Source of the DNA: an uncultured Clostridia bacterium
Lineage (GTDB): Bacteria; Bacillota; Clostridia; Lachnospirales; Anaerotignaceae
Direction: 5' to 3'
DNA length: 64,000 nt
Assembly: GCA_944378105.1 (NCBI GenBank)
Contig: CALWGC010000022.1
Location: 96,944-160,943 of the forward strand
Position numbers and translations under genes: made by a program. The notes beneath the pieces are model-generated. The model worked only from the letters and a program-made list of their open reading frames with translations, made no database searches and was not told the DNA's origin. Position 1 is the first letter of the stretch. The number at the start of each line of letters is the position of its first letter. Positions 1 to 8,355 of this stretch are shown piece after piece.

Positions 1-257
1 TTCATGGCAAGGCTAACTTCGCTTTTCATTTCCGCCGCATTTTCTGGGCATTCTTTTCCCTTTTGAAATTTAAACACCCGAAAATTTGGCTCCAGACTTT
101 TTAAGGGTACAAACTCCTTGCTTTCGTAATAATCCAAAAATTGAATCATCACAACGCTGAATCCTTCTCCCAAAGCACGAATCCCCTGCCCAATGGCCAA
201 GGCCGTTTTCCCACGACCATCGCCATAGTACATCATAATCTTTCCGTTACGCACCAC
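1..257 (-). CDS. CobO/BtuR-like cob(I)yrinic acid a,c-diamide adenosyltransferase family protein. N-terminal part only; the gene runs off the left edge.
   Basis: Not in the ORF track because there is no stop in the window. Minus-strand translation from GTG at ~254/257 gives VRNGKIMMYYGDGRGKTALAIGQGIRALGEGFSVVMIQFLDYYES. This has the P-loop GxGKT followed by an IQFxK-like segment typical of this family. GAGGTG lies just upstream. Confidence 0.55.
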   Translation of the reverse strand, partial: MVRNGKIMMYYGDGRGKTALAIGQGIRALGEGFSVVMIQFLDYYESKEFVPLKSLEPNFRVFKFQKGKECPENAAEMKSEVSLAM

Positions 258-304
258 ATGCACCTCGCATCACGAAACTACCATTTCGTGTTCTTCTGTC
301 CCAA

Positions 305-517
305 TTATTCTGCCAAAGAGGCGATCGAAAAGCCACCCTTTACATCCCCATTGATGATATAGTAGCACATGCCTTCCTCTGATTTATAATATACGTCCAA
401 AGAAGCAATGTCTTTGATTTTCTTTCCTTCGGCAACCCAATGCTCTTTGATTTTGTCCAGAACTTGTTTTTCCGTCACTTGTACTGCACCATATTCAAAA
501 TAAACGGTTGCTTTCAT
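305..517 (-). CDS. Small hypothetical protein (70 aa)
   Basis: ORF 305..550 trimmed to the internal ATG (MKATVYFEYGAVQV...), which is preceded by a strong AAGGAGGGG RBS. No family recognised with certainty. Confidence 0.5.
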   Translation of the reverse strand: MKATVYFEYGAVQVTEKQVLDKIKEHWVAEGKKIKDIASLDVYYKSEEGMCYYIINGDVKGGFSIASLAE

Positions 518-588
518 AACAATCCCCTCCTTGTGGCATCCTTGGTACATTATAGTGATATTGTACTAAATTTTTATGAAAAAGTCAA

Positions 589-1254
589 TCAAGCTTGTGC
601 GCCATTTTTTTCCGTTTCTAGGTGCACCTGGGAAACAGAAACCTCATAGGCCACCCTCGTTTCCTTCCGCTCTTCCAGCTGCTTTTCATAGGTTCGGCTT
701 TGTAGCCGCCCCTGAATCCATAACGGTGTCCCCACCGATAAGGACGCAACAAACCCGGCATTTCTCCCCCAAAAAATACAGGGAATATAGTCACTTTTTC
801 CATAAGAACGATGTACCGCCAATAACGCATCGGCAATTTCCCTTCCAAAGGGCGTGACACGATAGATGGCAGGCTTACATAAGTATCCATGGAGCGTCAT
901 GGCATTTTCGTCCTCCTGCTCTGTGGGCGCCATGGCCTTGGCAAACACACTTAATACCAGATGGTTTTTGCCCGCCTGCTGTTGGTTCCAACTGCGCAGT
1001 TGTCCTTGAATTTGTAACTGTTCTCCCGGCTGCACCAGCTGCGGACGCAAACGCTTGGAAAATAACACCGGAAGCACATCCGGCGTACCGCTTAAACGGT
1101 TGCTCTCCAGAAAAAAACGATAAAACGGTTCCCCATACACGCTGTGGCTCCATTGGCATTCCCCCTGCACTTTGCCGCGCAGCAACATTTGATTGGAAGT
1201 CAAAATGGCCTCTGCTTTCTTTGCACAAGTGAAATCTGGTTGTTCTTTTGTCAT
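589..1254 (-). CDS. Single-stranded DNA-binding (SSB)-like protein with two OB-fold halves
   Basis: ORF 589..1341 trimmed to the ATG at 1254 (RBS GAAGGGGAG). The C-terminal half reads LHGYLCKPAIYRVTPFGREIADALLAVHRSYGKSDYIPCIFWGRNAGFVASLSVGTPLWIQGRLQSRTYEK, an SSB OB-fold pattern. The N-terminal half shows a weaker version of the same pattern. Confidence 0.6.
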   Translation of the reverse strand: MTKEQPDFTCAKKAEAILTSNQMLLRGKVQGECQWSHSVYGEPFYRFFLESNRLSGTPDVLPVLFSKRLRPQLVQPGEQLQIQGQLRSWNQQQAGKNHLVLSVFAKAMAPTEQEDENAMTLHGYLCKPAIYRVTPFGREIADALLAVHRSYGKSDYIPCIFWGRNAGFVASLSVGTPLWIQGRLQSRTYEKQLEERKETRVAYEVSVSQVHLETEKNGAQA

Positions 1255-1339
1255 TTGATTACTCCCCTTCATGGTGCCCAAACTGGCTTTTTTATACCTA
1301 TATGCCCCTGTCCACTCATTTATGAAGTGTTTTTTTGAC

Positions 1340-1376
1340 AAAAGAAAGACACACGACCATCCTTTTGTCGTGTGTC
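1340..1376 (-). terminator. Intrinsic terminator after the Lon-like gene
   Basis: Perfect 10-bp stem GACACACGAC (1348-1357) / GTCGTGTGTC (1367-1376), followed on the minus strand by UUUCUUUU. Confidence 0.6.
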
Positions 1377-1383
1377 CCCCGTC

Positions 1384-3792
1384 TTATCGCCGTGCCGGTT
1401 CGGCACATGCTTTTTTATGGTATTCTTTTAATTTTTTCAGCACCAGGGCATGGATGGAGCCTGGCGGATATTTTCCGGCGGCGTTTTTGCGTCCGGCCGG
1501 CACACCGGTCAAAAGGGCAATGCCTTCTTCGATGTGGGAGACGGTGTAGATGTGGAACATTCCTTGCCGGACGGCCTCCACCACTTCTTCTTTCAGCACC
1601 AAATCCTTGCGGTTGCTTTCGGGAATCAACACCCCTTGGGTTCCGGTGAGGCCCCGTTTTTTACAGAGGGCAAAAAAGCCTTCGATTTTGTGGGTCACGC
1701 CGCCAATGGCCTGGATTTCGCCCCATTGGTTCACCGAGCCGGTCACGGCCAAATCCTGCCGGATGGGCACGCCAGAGAGGCTGGACAAAATACAGTACAG
1801 CTCTGTGCTGGAAGCGCTATCGCCGTCAATGCCATTATAGTTTTGTTCAAAACAAATGCGGCAAGAAAGGGACAGCGGCACATCCTGGGCATACATCTGT
1901 CCCAAATAGCCGGTGATGATCTGCACCCCTTTGTTGTGGGTGGCGCCGCTCATTTGGGCTTCTTTTTCGATGTTAACGATGCCGCTTTTGCCGATATAGG
2001 TGGTGGCTGTGATGCGGCAGGGGTTCCCAAAGGTATAGGTCCCCAAATCCAGCACGGCTAACCCGTTGATCTGGCCCACCTTTTCCCCTTCGGTGTCCAC
2101 CATAATCACGCCCTTTTCCAGCATTTCGTTCAGCTTTTCTTCGTACATCTGTAACCGGTATTCTTTCTTTTCGATGGCTTTTTCCACATCGGCTCTTCCC
2201 ACCACTTGTGCTCCTTCCAAGCGGGCCCAGGCCTCTGCCTCGCAAAGAATTTCCGACAGATAGTTAAACCTGGTCGTCAGTTTTTCTTGGCTTTCCACCA
2301 TCCGCGAAGAATATTCCACCAAATAGGCCACCGCCGCCGCATCAAAGGGCAGCATTTTTTCCTTTTTCACATAGGCCGCAATGAACCGGGCAAAGTCTTT
2401 CGTATTGGCTTCGTTGCGCTCCATTTCATAATCAAAGTCGGCCAACACCTTGAAATACTTGTCAAACTCTTCTTCATATTCCCGCAGCAATTCATAATAA
2501 TAGCTGCTGCCAATCAAAATCACTTTCACATCCACAGGAATGGGCTCCGGTTTCAAGGTGGGGGCCGGCACGCCGGCTTGTTGTTCCCGCATGGTTTCGG
2601 TGGACAATTCCCTGGTTTTTACCACCCGGCGCACGGCTTCCCAGGAAGCAGGATTGGCCAGCACATCATGGGCCTGCAAAATCAAATACCCGCCGTTGGC
2701 CTTATGGAAGAGCCCCGGCTTGATTTTCATAAAGTCGGTGGTCAAATTGCCATATTCATTGTCATACTCAATCTCGCCCACCAAATTATAATAGGTTGGA
2801 TTAAAATCCACCACCACAGGGGCGCCTTCTGTCTTGCTGTTATCAATAATCAAATTAACTTTGTATTTTAAGGTCACATCTTCCGGCTGCTTTTTGTTCA
2901 TCATCAGCGGCAAAAGCCCGGCCAAGCTTTCCTCTTCTTCTCCGTCCGAGGGCACAAATTGGCTGATGTTTTCCAGCACATCTTCCTGCACCGCAGAGAT
3001 ATATTCCAACACCCGGGGATAGTCTTTATATTTTTCCTGCACCGCATTGACATGGTGCCCGATGGCAAACATACCCACTTTATAATCCAAATCATCCACG
3101 GCCTTGCGGCATTCCTTTTCGTCTTCTTTCATGTCCCGCATGATGGCCGTGGCCAGGTCCTGCACCACATCGCTTTCGGCGTTGATTTTTTCTTTCACTT
3201 CTTCGCTCAGCGTGTCATACTGTTCCTCGTCCACCGGTTTTCCTTCCACAATGGGCATGAAATAGATGCCGGCGTTGGTGCTTTTGATAGTAAAGCCGTG
3301 TTCGGCCGCCATGTCGCTCATGGCCTTCATCTGTTTGTCCCGGCGGTCGTCATAAAGCTTTGTCACCTGGTTTTTCTGTTTTTCATAATCTTCGCTGGTG
3401 AAGGCTTTTTGCATCTCGCTTTCCACCAACGCCACCAGCTCTGCCATGTCATCGCGAAACTGCCGCCCCACCCCTGGCTCAAAACGAAGGGCAAGGGGCG
3501 CTCTGGGATTGACAAAGTTATAGACATAACACCAGTCATAAGGCACCCGTTCTGTTTTTGCCAAACGCTGGGTGCTCAAACGGGCATAGGTGGTCTTGCC
3601 CACACCGGAAGGCCCCGCCATATAGATGTTATATCCTTTGTTTTTCACCAAAAGCCCAAATTCCAGTGCTTCCACCGCCCTGGTTTGGCCCATGATGCCC
3701 TCTAACGGTTCCAAGTCATTGGTGTTGGTAAAGCCCAATGTTTTGGGATCACAACGGTTGGTCAATTCTTCTGCTTTTAATTCCCTTGTCAT
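1384..3792 (-). CDS. Lon-like ATP-dependent protease (AAA+ domain plus Lon S16 proteolytic domain, COG1067-type)
   Basis: 802 aa. Walker A is GPSGVGKTT. A long helical insertion sits in the AAA+ domain. The C-terminal Lon protease signature is DGDSASSTELYCILSSLSGVPIRQDLAVTGSVNQWGEIQAIGGVTHKIEGFF (Ser-Lys dyad). Confidence 0.9.
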   Translation of the reverse strand: MTRELKAEELTNRCDPKTLGFTNTNDLEPLEGIMGQTRAVEALEFGLLVKNKGYNIYMAGPSGVGKTTYARLSTQRLAKTERVPYDWCYVYNFVNPRAPLALRFEPGVGRQFRDDMAELVALVESEMQKAFTSEDYEKQKNQVTKLYDDRRDKQMKAMSDMAAEHGFTIKSTNAGIYFMPIVEGKPVDEEQYDTLSEEVKEKINAESDVVQDLATAIMRDMKEDEKECRKAVDDLDYKVGMFAIGHHVNAVQEKYKDYPRVLEYISAVQEDVLENISQFVPSDGEEEESLAGLLPLMMNKKQPEDVTLKYKVNLIIDNSKTEGAPVVVDFNPTYYNLVGEIEYDNEYGNLTTDFMKIKPGLFHKANGGYLILQAHDVLANPASWEAVRRVVKTRELSTETMREQQAGVPAPTLKPEPIPVDVKVILIGSSYYYELLREYEEEFDKYFKVLADFDYEMERNEANTKDFARFIAAYVKKEKMLPFDAAAVAYLVEYSSRMVESQEKLTTRFNYLSEILCEAEAWARLEGAQVVGRADVEKAIEKKEYRLQMYEEKLNEMLEKGVIMVDTEGEKVGQINGLAVLDLGTYTFGNPCRITATTYIGKSGIVNIEKEAQMSGATHNKGVQIITGYLGQMYAQDVPLSLSCRICFEQNYNGIDGDSASSTELYCILSSLSGVPIRQDLAVTGSVNQWGEIQAIGGVTHKIEGFFALCKKRGLTGTQGVLIPESNRKDLVLKEEVVEAVRQGMFHIYTVSHIEEGIALLTGVPAGRKNAAGKYPPGSIHALVLKKLKEYHKKACAEPARR

Positions 3793-3796
3793 ACGG

Positions 3797-4285
3797 TCAC
3801 GCTCCTTCCGTGGGGGAAGTCATTTCGTCGTAATGCTCATACGTTTCAAAATACAGCCACATAATCACGGCATCTTCATGGGTGTCTTGGTAATAATTCT
3901 TGCGAAACCCTTCGGGCCGGAATCCAAACCGGGCATAAAGCCGCTGGGCCGTCAAGTTGGAGATTTTCACTTCCAAGGTAATGCCAATCATTTCCTTTTC
4001 CTTGGCCACGGCAATCATCTCTTCCATCAGCGCCGCTCCTACCCCTTGGTTACGATATTGGGGCAATACGGCCACATTGGTGATTTGGCCTTCGGTCACC
4101 ACATGCCACATCCCGGCATATCCGGCTACCTTTCCATCCACCAACGCCACCCGATAGATGGCCATGGTATTTTTGGTCAGCTCCCGTTCAAAGTCCGCCC
4201 GCGTCCAGGCAATGGCAAAACAAGTTTCCTCCACTTCCAACACATCTTCCAGATGCGCCATCGTCATGGGTACAATCTCGATCAT
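3797..4285 (-). CDS. rimI: Ribosomal-protein-alanine N-acetyltransferase (GNAT)
   Basis: 162 aa. GNAT acetyl-CoA motif QYRNQGVGAALM. Sits in the conserved position after tsaE-tsaB. Confidence 0.8.
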   Translation of the reverse strand: MIEIVPMTMAHLEDVLEVEETCFAIAWTRADFERELTKNTMAIYRVALVDGKVAGYAGMWHVVTEGQITNVAVLPQYRNQGVGAALMEEMIAVAKEKEMIGITLEVKISNLTAQRLYARFGFRPEGFRKNYYQDTHEDAVIMWLYFETYEHYDEMTSPTEGA

Positions 4286-4297
4286 CGATTTCTCCTT

Positions 4298-5014
4298 TTA
4301 TCTACCCAGTCTTTGGGCCTGTTTTTGTTTTTCTTCCAACTCCCGCTCTGCTTGGGGTTTGCGTAAATAGATGGGGGTAAATTCAGCTCCGTCTACAAAC
4401 TGGCCTCTTTTTTGCAATTCTTCTGCCAACGCCCCCACCGAGGCCGCCCGCTGGAAACAACAATTGGCCGGGGCCAGATAAAACCGATCCTCTTGTTTGA
4501 GCCGTTCTTGATACACCGGCACGCCATCGCCCACAAAAATGGTCTCCCGGCCGCTGGCCTTACAGATGGAAATCATTTCTTCCAGACTGCGGGCCGCCTG
4601 GGGCACCAGCTGGCGCAGCACGCCTTTTTCCCAACTATACGCCGCCGTATACACCTGCTGCCGTCTGGCATCCATAATGGGGCAAATGAGGCGGTTATTT
4701 TGTGCAATGTTATAGGCCAACGCATCCAGTGTGGGTACAGGGATAATGGGAATGGAAAGCCCATGGGCCAACCCCTTGGCCGTGGCCGCCCCAATGCGCA
4801 GCCCCGTAAAAGAGCCCGGCCCTTCGGCACAGGCAATATAGTCCAACTCCTCTGCCGCCGTACCCGTCCATTGTAATAACTGGTCAATCATGGGCATGAT
4901 GGTTTGGGAATGGGTCAGTTTATGATTGAGACTCACTTCCCCGCGGCAAATGCCGTCTTCCAACAACGCCGCCGAAGCCACCAAAGCGGAAGTATCCAAT
5001 GCCAATAGTTTCAT
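4298..5014 (-). CDS. tsaB: tRNA t6A37 threonylcarbamoyl-transfer protein TsaB
   Basis: ORF trimmed to MKLLALDTSALVASAALL (typical TsaB N-terminus). Its ATG overlaps the tsaE stop (ATGA at 5011-5014). Confidence 0.9.
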   Translation of the reverse strand: MKLLALDTSALVASAALLEDGICRGEVSLNHKLTHSQTIMPMIDQLLQWTGTAAEELDYIACAEGPGSFTGLRIGAATAKGLAHGLSIPIIPVPTLDALAYNIAQNNRLICPIMDARRQQVYTAAYSWEKGVLRQLVPQAARSLEEMISICKASGRETIFVGDGVPVYQERLKQEDRFYLAPANCCFQRAASVGALAEELQKRGQFVDGAEFTPIYLRKPQAERELEEKQKQAQRLGR

Positions 5015-5442
5015 TTTGTTCCCTCCTCCACTCGAATGCGGCGATAATTGTCGCCACGGCTGAAATCCTTTTCTATGGTAATCCATTTGGCTGTGGGTGG
5101 GATCAATTCTTTCACCAATTTGGCCCATTCCACCAGGCAAACGCCCTGGCCAAAGAAATAGTCTTCATATCCCGTATCATCCATTTCTTCTAAACTGCCC
5201 ACACGGTACACATCAAAATGATATAACGGCAGACGCCCTTCGTATTCATGAATGATGGTAAAGGTGGGGCTTGTGATATACGGCGTCGTTACGCCAAGCC
5301 CACGGGCAAACCCACGGGTAAACACCGTTTTTCCCACGCCCAAGTCGCCTTCCAGGCAGAAAATATCGCCAGGGCGCGCCTCTTTGGCCAACGCTTGCCC
5401 CACTTGCTCCGTTTCTTGTTCACTCCAAGTTTCAAACTCCAT
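5011..5442 (-). CDS. tsaE: tRNA t6A37 ATPase TsaE
   Basis: ORF trimmed to MEFETWSEQETEQ. P-loop is GDLGVGKTVFTRG. Contains the SPTFTI and YHFDVYR motifs typical of TsaE. Confidence 0.9.
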   Translation of the reverse strand: MEFETWSEQETEQVGQALAKEARPGDIFCLEGDLGVGKTVFTRGFARGLGVTTPYITSPTFTIIHEYEGRLPLYHFDVYRVGSLEEMDDTGYEDYFFGQGVCLVEWAKLVKELIPPTAKWITIEKDFSRGDNYRRIRVEEGTK

Positions 5443-5444
5443 GG

Positions 5445-6260
5445 TTATCTCCTTTGTGTTCTCAGTTGTTCTGCACGATATACGGTGGATTCGATCGTTT
5501 CTCCTGCGGCAATCCAAACACTGCCGTCGCCTTTGCGGTAAAGCGCCTTTCCTCCGCCACAGTAGACCACTTGTGCCACATCTTCATCCAGTACCGTTTC
5601 TCTTCCCACATGAAAAAGCACCAACTGGCCCGTTTCGTCTTCGTCGCTTTCTCCTGCCACATAATAAATCCATTGGTTTTCCGTCGAGGCAGCCAAAGAA
5701 AGCACATGCTCTGCAATGGGCGCCTTGACCCCGCCGGAACAATAATAAAAAGACGTTCCTTTTTGATAATAAATATCCTGTTTTGTTGCCGTAAAAGCAG
5801 CTTCTGTCACCTGGGTATCGATTTTCTGCTGACTTTCCAGCGCGCCTTTGCGCACGGAAAACAGATACAGCGTTCCATCCTCCGTGCGGCCCAATACGGC
5901 CGAGCCATCCTGGCAAGAACGAATGCTTTCCGGCAACAGCCCTTCCACCTGAAATTGGCTTTCGGTGCCATCTTCTGCCACCAAAAAAAGTCCGTCTGGC
6001 TGATTGCTTAAAGTATAGCCTTCTAAGCCACCCTGCGTTTGTGCCGGCTCCTCCACGGCCACCGGCTCTCCTTCCAAATCCCATTGGTACCAGGTGTCAT
6101 CGCTACAAAAATAGCCCAAGCTTTCTTCTCCCGAAAGCCCTGCCAGATACCACCCGGCCGTATTGCGCAAAGCAGCATATCCTGCCGCCAAAAGCGCCAT
6201 ACAGGCGGCCAAAATCAAACATCGTTTCCCAAAGGAACTTTTTTTCTCCTGGGTGTCCAT
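5445..6260 (-). CDS. Hypothetical membrane-anchored protein with an extracytoplasmic domain
   Basis: ORF trimmed to MDTQEKKSSFGKRCLILAACMALLAAGYA (RBS AGGGAG), giving an N-terminal signal-anchor helix. Its stop is 2 nt from the tsaE start. No family recognised. Confidence 0.6.
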   Translation of the reverse strand: MDTQEKKSSFGKRCLILAACMALLAAGYAALRNTAGWYLAGLSGEESLGYFCSDDTWYQWDLEGEPVAVEEPAQTQGGLEGYTLSNQPDGLFLVAEDGTESQFQVEGLLPESIRSCQDGSAVLGRTEDGTLYLFSVRKGALESQQKIDTQVTEAAFTATKQDIYYQKGTSFYYCSGGVKAPIAEHVLSLAASTENQWIYYVAGESDEDETGQLVLFHVGRETVLDEDVAQVVYCGGGKALYRKGDGSVWIAAGETIESTVYRAEQLRTQRR

Positions 6261-6293
6261 GTTCCAACTCCCTTTTCTTTGTGATCTCGTATC

Positions 6294-6323
6294 AGTATAC
6301 CATTTTTGGCAGATTGTTGTAAA
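6294..6323 (-). promoter_or_regulatory. Candidate sigma-A promoter of the hypothetical-tsaE-tsaB-rimI-lon operon
   Basis: On the minus strand: TTTACA, 18-nt spacer, TGgTATACT (extended -10). Lies about 35 nt upstream of the start at 6260. Confidence 0.45.
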
Positions 6324-6383
6324 CACTCATCCCAAAAGAGGCTTCCTTTCTCCATAAAAAAAAGGATGCCGGAATCACCGACA

Positions 6384-6416
6384 CCCCAAAACGGCACGCG
6401 CCACCGCCGTTTTCTT
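6384..6416 (-). terminator. Intrinsic terminator after the GntP permease gene
   Basis: Stem AAAACGGC (6388-6395) / GCCGTTTT (6406-6413), immediately downstream of the stop at 6417. A short U run follows on the minus strand. Confidence 0.5.
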
Positions 6417-7772
6417 TTAATAAAGCCCTGGCAATACACCAGAGAACATATTCAAAATCAGTACCACAATCAGCCCTGTCACACCAGCGCACAGACCACC
6501 AACGGTCCATGTCTTTAAGGTTTCGGAGAAGCTGAAACCGGAGAAACGGTTGATTACCCAGAAACCGGAGTCGTTTGGCAAAGAAAGACCAACGCTACCG
6601 CAGCAAACGGCAAGACCAACCAATACCGGAGAAGCGCCTACCGCTACGATGGTAGGAGCCACGATGGAAGAGGTGGTTACCAATGCAACCGTTGCAGAAC
6701 CTTGTGCTGCACGGAGAATCTGGCTTAACAAGAAGGCCAACAGGATCAAAGGCATGTTCAAATCGCCCATCACACCTACCAGATAATCGCCAATGCCGGA
6801 AGCATTGATGATCTGGCCAAAGCTACCGCCGGCGCCGGTAATCAAGAACACCATACCAGCCTGACCAGCGGCTTCCGTCAAAATATCTTCCAAAGGACGA
6901 GGGAAGTATTTTTTCAGTGCAAAAATAGCAACGATGACACCGATGAACAATGCCACGTTCTTATCGCCAATGAAAGCAAAGAACATGTTCACAGCTGGGT
7001 TGCTGTCGCCGATGATGGCCGTTACTACGGTACCAGCCAAGATCAACAAAATAGGAAGGAAAATCAAGCCCACTGCCAGATAGCCAGATGGTTTTGGACC
7101 ATTGTTCACTGGCTGTGCAGCTGGAGTTGCTTCTTCCAAAGCAGCTTCCACGATGCTGTTATCTTTAAAAAATTTGTTGGTGGTCAATTTGGAATAGAGC
7201 ACGCCGCCCACCAAGCTGGCAGGTAGTGCAACAATCAAAGAATAAAATACAAATGGACCAATGGGTGCATTCACGTTACCAGCTACTGCCATAGGACCTG
7301 GAGTTGGGATAACCAAGCAGTGTGCTACAATCAAACCAACGCCCAAAGCCGTTACGAAACGGGCAAAATGGATACCGGTTTTTTTGGAAAGCTGTTTGGC
7401 AATGGTCACCAAGATAACGAAAGCGGCATCAAAGTATACAGGAATGGCAACAATGACACCAGTGATGTTCATGGCGATGGGAGAGTTTTTGATGCCGACT
7501 TTTTCCAACACCAAAGAAGCAATTTCTTCCGTACCGCCTGTTTCATACAATAATTGTCCTAAAATAATACCGAGTGCAATAACAATACCAATACTTTGCA
7601 TGGTCGAGCCAAACCCTTTGGCAATTTCCGTTGGGATGGAGTTCAATGGCAAACCAGTTGCAAGACCCATCACAATGGCCACGGCCAGCAACGCAATGAA
7701 GGGATTTACTTTAAATTTGATGATCAAAAGCATCAACAGAATAATCCCTACAAGAAAAACTGCAAGTAACAT
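6417..7772 (-). CDS. GntP-family (gluconate / acid-sugar:H+) permease
   Basis: 451 aa, polytopic. N-terminus MLLAVFLVGIILLMLLIIKFKVNPFIALL and overall Gly/Ala/Val-rich pattern are typical of GntP transporters. RBS AGGAGG. Confidence 0.85.
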   Translation of the reverse strand: MLLAVFLVGIILLMLLIIKFKVNPFIALLAVAIVMGLATGLPLNSIPTEIAKGFGSTMQSIGIVIALGIILGQLLYETGGTEEIASLVLEKVGIKNSPIAMNITGVIVAIPVYFDAAFVILVTIAKQLSKKTGIHFARFVTALGVGLIVAHCLVIPTPGPMAVAGNVNAPIGPFVFYSLIVALPASLVGGVLYSKLTTNKFFKDNSIVEAALEEATPAAQPVNNGPKPSGYLAVGLIFLPILLILAGTVVTAIIGDSNPAVNMFFAFIGDKNVALFIGVIVAIFALKKYFPRPLEDILTEAAGQAGMVFLITGAGGSFGQIINASGIGDYLVGVMGDLNMPLILLAFLLSQILRAAQGSATVALVTTSSIVAPTIVAVGASPVLVGLAVCCGSVGLSLPNDSGFWVINRFSGFSFSETLKTWTVGGLCAGVTGLIVVLILNMFSGVLPGLY

Positions 7773-7988
7773 CTTTGTTCCTCCTATTCTTTTTTCTGCA
7801 CCTGCATATTCTGTGCCCCACTATCGGAAAGTATGTGTGCCCCGTCTTTTCCTTCTCTCTTGCAGCGGCGCAGTTGCAAGAAGAAGAAACCGTGTTGCTT
7901 GTATATTGGTCAGACCGGAAATACATTTTATGACATTCCATTTCTTTCCAAATCTTCCCAAACCCTTGTCTTTCCTTAGCTATCTATC

Positions 7989-8017
7989 ATGATACAAAAC
8001 ATCCAGACCTTTGTCAA
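7989..8017 (-). promoter_or_regulatory. Candidate sigma-A promoter for the GntP permease gene
   Basis: On the minus strand: TTGACA (8012-8017), 17-nt spacer, TATCAT (7989-7994). This implies a ~210-nt 5' UTR. Confidence 0.45.
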
Positions 8018-8297
8018 ATAAAAAACACACTAGAAAATTCGACTTATGTTCGTCATTTCGTTCCAAATTCATGAATGACATTCGATATAACCGTATAACG
8101 TTCCTTCTTTTCCGGCGATATTGCTTAAAAAAGCGACATTTTTTGACTAACTTTCAAACAAATTCACGTAGAAAGGTTGGGGTTTGGCGAAAAGACTTTT
8201 TTTCTGAGTTTTCCTTTTATTTTTTCTTTTTTTCGTGCAAATGATACAAAAATCACAGTCTTTTCTTGTCTATTTGCTCCAGTGTAAAACACTGGGG

Positions 8298-8332
8298 CAA
8301 CAAAATAGGCCGCCGAATTTCTTCGGCGGCCT
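8298..8332 (-). terminator. Intrinsic terminator after potD
   Basis: Stem AGGCCGCCGAA / TTCGGCGGCCT (8307-8332) with loop TTTC, then UAUUUUG on the minus strand. A second perfect 7-bp hairpin CCAGTGT-AAA-ACACTGG follows at 8279-8295. Confidence 0.7.
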
Positions 8333-8355
8333 GCCTGCCAGGGTTCCTGGATTTA

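Noticed and set aside
1384-3792. The possibility that the Lon-like protease marks a BREX-type (BrxL-like) or other defence island.
   Set aside because: No methyltransferase, PglZ, helicase, nuclease or other defence-type genes are nearby. The gene is translationally coupled to rimI/tsaB/tsaE in a housekeeping operon.
8011-8244. A 77-aa ORF in the potD-GntP intergenic region.
   Set aside because: It is K/R/F-rich and low-complexity, derived from A/T runs, with no RBS or promoter. It runs against the direction of all neighbouring genes.
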